Assembly (NCBI GenBank): GCA_951406725.2
Contig: OX597819.1
Coordinates: forward strand, 30,566,001-30,630,000
DNA length: 64,000 nucleotides
Reading direction: 5' to 3'
DNA from: Octopus vulgaris
Lineage: Eukaryota
Shown: positions 58,191 to 64,000 of the stretch, piece after piece
How positions within the stretch are numbered: the stretch's first letter is position 1
Layout: the number at the start of each line of letters is the position of its first letter
The notes under the pieces: model-generated
What the model was told of the DNA's origin: nothing
What the model saw: the letters and a program-made list of their open reading frames with translations, nothing else
Database searches by the model: none
Made by a program: the position numbers and the translations under genes

Positions 58191-58611
58191 AAAATTAAGG
58201 ATAAAACCCTTTTAATGATTTTATCAAGTGGCCAGCGTGAAATAAAAACCTTGTAGATAATAATTTATAATTATATCATATAATTATATTAAAGGGAGCT
58301 GATAAGCCCCACCAACGCCAAATGGCTCAAAGACAGCAAAGGGTTTTTTTCAACTCTCAACCAGAAATCGATCTACAATTAACCATCTTTTCATTTTTTC
58401 CTCTTCCCGCTTACAATCTGTGCTAACGGAGTATAGCTGTAGTTTTTAGAGCCATGTCGCGTATATTTCTAGCGTGTTGGTGCGGTTTATCTGCACCCTT
58501 TAATATAATTATAGAATATATTTATAAATAGGTATAAATTGTTACCTACAAGGCATTTGTTTCACGAGGGCCATTTGATAAAATCATTAAAGTGGTTTTA
58601 TCCTTAATTTT
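58191..58611. mobile_element. Imperfect foldback of two inverted PLE-like tail ends
   Basis: aaaattaaggataaaacc..ttatcaagtggcc at the left end is inverted at about 58567-58611. Confidence 0.6.
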
Positions 58612-58629
58612 ATATAACAAAAAATATTT

Positions 58630-59295
58630 TTTGCTCCTGATCAAATTGCATTCGTTGCGAGATTATTTTGAGAATAAAAAGCACGTGTTAAGATGAGAAA
58701 AAATAGATTTTTACTAGTGTATACATGTAAATGCATGTATATGGTCGTGCAGATATGTTGTTCTGGGAGACCAGCAATCAGCAGAACTAAGAAAAACATC
58801 GCAGATATGCGTGCAGCTGTGAGAGGAAATCGTCGAATCACCATCTGAGGATGTGAAGATTAATTGCGGTTCAGTTAGGTCCATTATCACTGAAGATTTG
58901 GGTATGCTTGCTAAGTTTGTACCAAAACTGCTTTCAGATAACCAAAAGGGCACTCGGGTTTCAGTTTCACAAGATGTCCTTGATTGTGTCGACAACGATG
59001 AAAACGTTTTGAAAAATTTGCGTAGGCCTCTGAGCAGGTATCGCTAAGCTTTTGGCAAAATTTGATGCAGATTCTCTGCTCAACTTTCTCTGTCATGGTC
59101 AATGCGACGATCACACGTTACACACCTTCCTTCCAAGCATTGCTGTAAATAGTGGAAGTGAACTAGAACGTTAAAACTTAGTGCGCATAAACAGAAGAGT
59201 TAAAGGTCAATATGTGCCAAGCGGCTTTACTCTACGCGTTTTAGCTTCGTTACAAATAAAACAGTCCAGATACTTATTGATCAGATCACGTGTGC

Positions 59296-59298
<3 letters not shown>
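58630..59298 (-). mobile_element. Mariner 5' relic
   Basis: MTEKVEQRICIKFCQKL, with an internal inversion (AKFVPKLLS on the + strand). Confidence 0.7.
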
Positions 59299-59365
<67 letters not shown>

Positions 59366-59660
59366 AGATAGATAGATATATAGACAAACAAACAGACAGA
59401 CACACATGCATTCATATATACATACAAATATATATATATATATATATATATACTACAAAATTAGAGAATGGAGAAACATATTTAAATCAATAAAACATCA
59501 ACTATCCGATGATACTCAATCCATACTTTAATACACCATTACATAGGAGTAAAGGCAATATATAAAATGAAATGAAATGAGATATACAGTAATAGTAAAA
59601 GTAAAAAGATAAAGAGATATAAGTAAAAAATTACAAATACAATATGCAAATAAATCAAAA

Positions 59661-59768
59661 CTGACAGCTGTTTCGGCAGTGAGGACAGTCATACCTCATT
59701 TAACCTATAAGCCATAAAGGCAGGTATAAATGAGGCATTAACAAAGATGCCCCACGGCCTCTTCAGAG
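59661..59768 (-). ncRNA. Type I hammerhead ribozyme with extended stem II
   Basis: Minus strand reads ct-CTGAAGA-ggccgtggggca...tgtcctcactgcc-GAAAC-agct-GTC-ag. Nearly identical to 28313-28420. Confidence 0.85.
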
Positions 59769-60113
59769 AATTAAATTAAATTTGTTATAATAGTGAAAAA
59801 TATTATATAATCATATACATATAAATATAAAAATATAAAAAAGTAAAATATAAAAACTTATACATCATAATGCTACACTTGTATAATATAATACACATTT
59901 GTACAAAAAGGAAGGTAGCCAGAACAAAATAAAACAAAATATATAACAGTGTATATATAATATTAATAAGTACCGATATCATACATATTTAGCTAATAGT
60001 TTTTTTTATATAAAAAAAAAGGGCTAACACATATGGAGATGAAAAATAATAATAATTAAATCCGTGGTACAGTTCATAAAATTCTAAAGCTATAAAAGTT
60101 AATAAAAATTACT

Positions 60114-60147
<34 letters not shown>

Positions 60148-61881
60148 GTAATAATAATAAAAAATAATAAAATAGATACAGTTAAGTTATCACCAAGTCC
60201 ATCCTTCCAAGATCGAAATAACTATGAGTTAAGAAATGCTGACCACTAGGTAAAGAAAATTTAGATTAATTCGATTGGCTATTGGTTTGAAATTTAAATC
60301 ACAAAAGAAAATTATACGGTTGGTTAGTCAGGGAACGCCAATATTCACACACGCATCTACAGATCAATCGCACATACACACATAGTTATATGTATATACA
60401 TACACTTGTACATATACATAATCATAAGCAACAGCTAACACTTAGATAAAAAAAATAGGGAAGCAACCATGCTAACACTAAGTCCTTCAAAATTATAACT
60501 GAGCCTCAATAACAAAAAAAGAACCATCCATGCATTCTATAAAATATTTAATTAAGATATAAATGTATTTTTAAATATCAGTATGTTACTAATTCAGATA
60601 ATTATTTCATGGGTAACTTAAAATATATAACACCGGTTTGATGCAGAGTAAACATACGGTTGTTAGGTTTATCGTAAGTTTGTTATGATTTAAAGTACGC
60701 TAAATTATAAAATATAAAATATAAAATATATTAATTTAGATATTATAAATAAGTCACTTATTAACTTAATAAATATTGTGCCAAAATATACCAGTTTAGG
60801 CAATAAAAAATAGAGGGGGAAGTATTAATGTAAACGCTTATGAGAACATCACAGAAATTTCAAATAAATTTTATATTATAAAGACTTAATATGAAAAGAG
60901 ATAAAATAAATAAAAAGGAATAAATACGAAGGAATAAATACGGTTATACACATAATTATAAGTACAAACTAGTATATATGTATTCATATATTATTAAAAT
61001 TAAATAAAAATAAATGATAGATATGTATGTATAAAACTACACCAGTATAAGTAAATAAGTAAAGAATAAATAGGTAACAAATTAAATGACTTGATATGTA
61101 TGTAAACATCCACACTTAAATATGCAAATAAATAAATAAATAGAAGACTAGATGCAAATATTGATAATATTACAATAAAAATGGGAAATAAATAAAAATA
61201 AATAAAGTGAATATATATATTTTATATTGTTGAAGGTAAATATGTATGGAAGGATAGTTTAAAGTACAGATCCAGAGGACTATAGATATAAACTAAATAT
61301 ATGAAGCTGGTAACAATTATAAAGCAAAATGCATGTAAATGAGAAAATGAAAAAAATGAAAAAGGTTTATCAGTGAATAGCATAAGATACAAATTAAGGT
61401 GAGTACAAAAAGACCAAATATATAATATAATAAAAACCTTCAAAATCAGCACATACAAAAAACCATAATCTCAACCTAAACCCACCAAACTCACAAAAGG
61501 CTCTCATATATTACATATTATACAATATCATTACATTATCCAGAGCTAGGTATCTAACCAAGATATACATATATACTTTGCAATATACTATGCAATATTG
61601 GAAAACTTCAAAAATCACACATTACAAGGCAAATACCAAAATGAATATGTTATTTTATGTCATATTGCATTTCTCTTAAAAAAAACAAACAAAAACCCAC
61701 ATACAAAAACCAAGAAACCAATAATACTAGACACATCCAATTAGTTATTATACAAATGTAGCTATAAAAATTATAAAATTATGAAATTTATAAATTGTAT
61801 ACTTTAGAATTATAGAAGACCACAGGTATATTTAGTTAAAGAAGGGAATTAAAAAATTGATAATAGTGGAAGTGCTAAGTT

Positions 61882-63075
61882 CTATTTGAATCTAGAAAAG
61901 GTGAACGGTAGTCTATGAATACAAAAGAAGTTTTTCTCATTAATGTTGTTAATAATTTGCCGACCCGCTTTAATAATGAAGAAAATTTCATTAATACATA
62001 GAGAGCATTTTTTATTTTTTCCATTATACACAGGTGCTGAAGTTAGTATTTTCCAGTTTAATCTAAAATCTAAGTTCTTACTTTTAAGTTCCCAAATATA
62101 TGCACTTAGCCCTGTAGAGTACATTCTATTTTTATTCCTAAAAGTATATCTATGATAATTCCATCTTTGTTTTATGCTATTCATAGTTGCCCCGATATAC
62201 ACTCTACTACTCAATTGTGTATCTACAGTGCATTGGTAAACTACCTCCTTCCTGAGGCATTGATTACCAAATACACATTTATTTTTATTTCTGCAATTAC
62301 AAAGATTAACAGAATGAGGAAATCTAAGATTGGGCACCACCCCTATACTACTATTCACATTATAAGTGTTACAATTGTTATCATCATCCAAACCCAAAAT
62401 CAACGAATGAGTTAATTCACCATTATCGGCTATATTCCTATCACTAGTACTAGTATTGGTAGTAGTGGTATGATCTATTACATTTATATTATCTCTGACA
62501 GGTATGGTGCACTCATTATTAGTAAGGAGGTTGCTCCCATTTGTTCCAAGAAAATTTCTATTCCTATTATTAATGAAGGGGGGCAAGTTTTCCTGGTCTA
62601 AATTCAATTTTCTATTCTTATAGAAGTGATCCAGTTTCTTGTTATTAAAAGAGGAGATGATGGTGGCTAGATTATGAGTAATGCTATATCCCACTCTAAC
62701 AGTACCGTTGTTAATTAAAGGACTAAATTTATTCCTATCCTTACCAAAATGCCTAAAAATAATATTATGCAAAGCTCTCACTATGTTTGTTTTAATCTGC
62801 ATTGCATACGGGATAATCAACCAAAGAGTATCCTTATCAGAATTAGGATTGCCTATAGAATTAATGTTATTTGTAAAAATCCTATTCGTAGACCAACTCA
62901 TAGGATTACTATTCTTACCACTGTCATTGTTATATCTATCTATATCAATATTACCATGGTTATTGCGCAAGTAAACTTTACCATTATCATGTCTACCATA
63001 AGTTTTAATTCGTATATTATTATTAATATTACTACTACTACTCGTATGTTTAGATCTATTTGAGCTACCGTTCAT
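61882..63075 (-). CDS. Naiad PLE linker plus GIY-YIG endonuclease (partial)
   Basis: 397-aa open frame with GIY-YIG and Cys motifs. The upstream RT is frameshifted. Confidence 0.75.
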   Translation of the reverse strand: MNGSSNRSKHTSSSSNINNNIRIKTYGRHDNGKVYLRNNHGNIDIDRYNNDSGKNSNPMSWSTNRIFTNNINSIGNPNSDKDTLWLIIPYAMQIKTNIVRALHNIIFRHFGKDRNKFSPLINNGTVRVGYSITHNLATIISSFNNKKLDHFYKNRKLNLDQENLPPFINNRNRNFLGTNGSNLLTNNECTIPVRDNINVIDHTTTTNTSTSDRNIADNGELTHSLILGLDDDNNCNTYNVNSSIGVVPNLRFPHSVNLCNCRNKNKCVFGNQCLRKEVVYQCTVDTQLSSRVYIGATMNSIKQRWNYHRYTFRNKNRMYSTGLSAYIWELKSKNLDFRLNWKILTSAPVYNGKNKKCSLCINEIFFIIKAGRQIINNINEKNFFCIHRLPFTFSRFK

Positions 63076-63654
63076 CTTTCCAAGGTTAACGTCACTTCTA
63101 CATTTATTATAGGTGTTATCATATATTCTGTTTTTACTATTCTTATGTATATTGTTGATTATCCTAAATCTATTTGTGTTGTTCTTGATAGTTCTACCTC
63201 CATTAGGGGGTTCCCCTTAGGTATAAACCAAATCTTACTTTTATATCCTGCCTTAAGTAGTGCTGCATTGTATCTATCACAGTGTTTGTTAAAAATTTCC
63301 TCGTTTGAGGATAAACTAGAAATTCTTTGACTAATGCTACGCACTAGTGCATTTTTAATTTGAGGGGGGTGATTACTAGAACGGTTAATGTATATTAGGT
63401 TAGAATTAGGTTTAATATAGGGTTCATGTAAACCATATTAGTAATGTTACAATTAACATCTAAATAATTAGCAGAATAATTTTCACTTTCAATGATAATA
63501 GATAGGCCGAAGCTTTTAAAAAATTTGTTTATTCTTTTTTTCAGAAGATCTAATCTCCTATTTGATGTATTCCTAACACAAAATAAGGCGTCATCCCTGT
63601 ATAATCCGCCTTTTAATTCAGGGAATTCCCTACTAAAGTTATCTAATAGATACA

Positions 63655-63800
63655 TCAGCTTCCGTCTAGCATATCCACTCACGAGGCTTTGGTCGGCCCG
63701 AGGCTATAGTGGAAGACACTTGTCCAAGGTGCCACGCAGTGGGACTGAACCCGGAACCATGTGGTTGGTAACCAAGCTACTTACCTCACAGCCACTCTCA
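63655..63800 (-). mobile_element. SINE family A 5' fragment truncating the PLE RT
   Basis: Reverse complement of the family A head. Confidence 0.75.
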
Positions 63801-63858
63801 TATACATACATACATACATACATACATACATACATACATACATACATACATACATACA

Positions 63859-63890
<32 letters not shown>

Positions 63891-64000
63891 CAGGGAAGAA
63901 GCTTTCTGTTTCTTCAGAGCTCCCGGTATTTCACCAACCTCATTGGACAATATTCTGGGAGTGGCAAAGTTGAACTGCTTTGAATTCCTTTGTTAGTTTA

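Larger units (their letters stand above)
59452..63654 (-). mobile_element. 5'-truncated Naiad-type PLE with a ~2.4-kb 3' UTR and an HHR-containing pLTR
   Basis: GGLYRDDALF RT, thumb, Asn-rich linker, then CNCRNKNKCVFGNQC..VVYQC..VYIGAT..KQRWNYH..KKCSLCINE. The pLTR end abuts (TA)n. Confidence 0.9.

Noticed and set aside
63893-63925. CTGAAGA-aaca-GAAAGCTT on the minus strand
   Set aside because: No stem II. Likely chance, and it lies at the window edge.

Overview
AT-rich, microsatellite-dense eukaryotic DNA made almost entirely of transposons. The SINE repertoire suggests an octopus or other cephalopod (inference). No intact host gene is evident. The window holds several Penelope-like elements (PLEs; Naiad-type and Neptune-type RT plus GIY-YIG), Dong/R4-type restriction-like-endonuclease LINEs in (TAA)n and (CATA)n tracts, RTE, CR1-like, Gypsy, mariner and hAT relics, a solo LTR, several tRNA-derived SINE families and non-autonomous Helitrons. 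One Helitron brackets a 4.7-kb 23-bp minisatellite. The main hidden signal is a set of about nine minimal type I hammerhead ribozyme (HHR) motifs, some canonical, some U3-A8 covariant and some with long stem II extensions. Most lie in PLE pseudo-LTRs or in short non-coding derivatives inserted in (TA)n tracts, which share a tail / body / inverted-end architecture with covarying tail hairpins. Most ORFs in the supplied track are microsatellite or minisatellite artefacts. All calls were made by eye without searches, so element boundaries are approximate.
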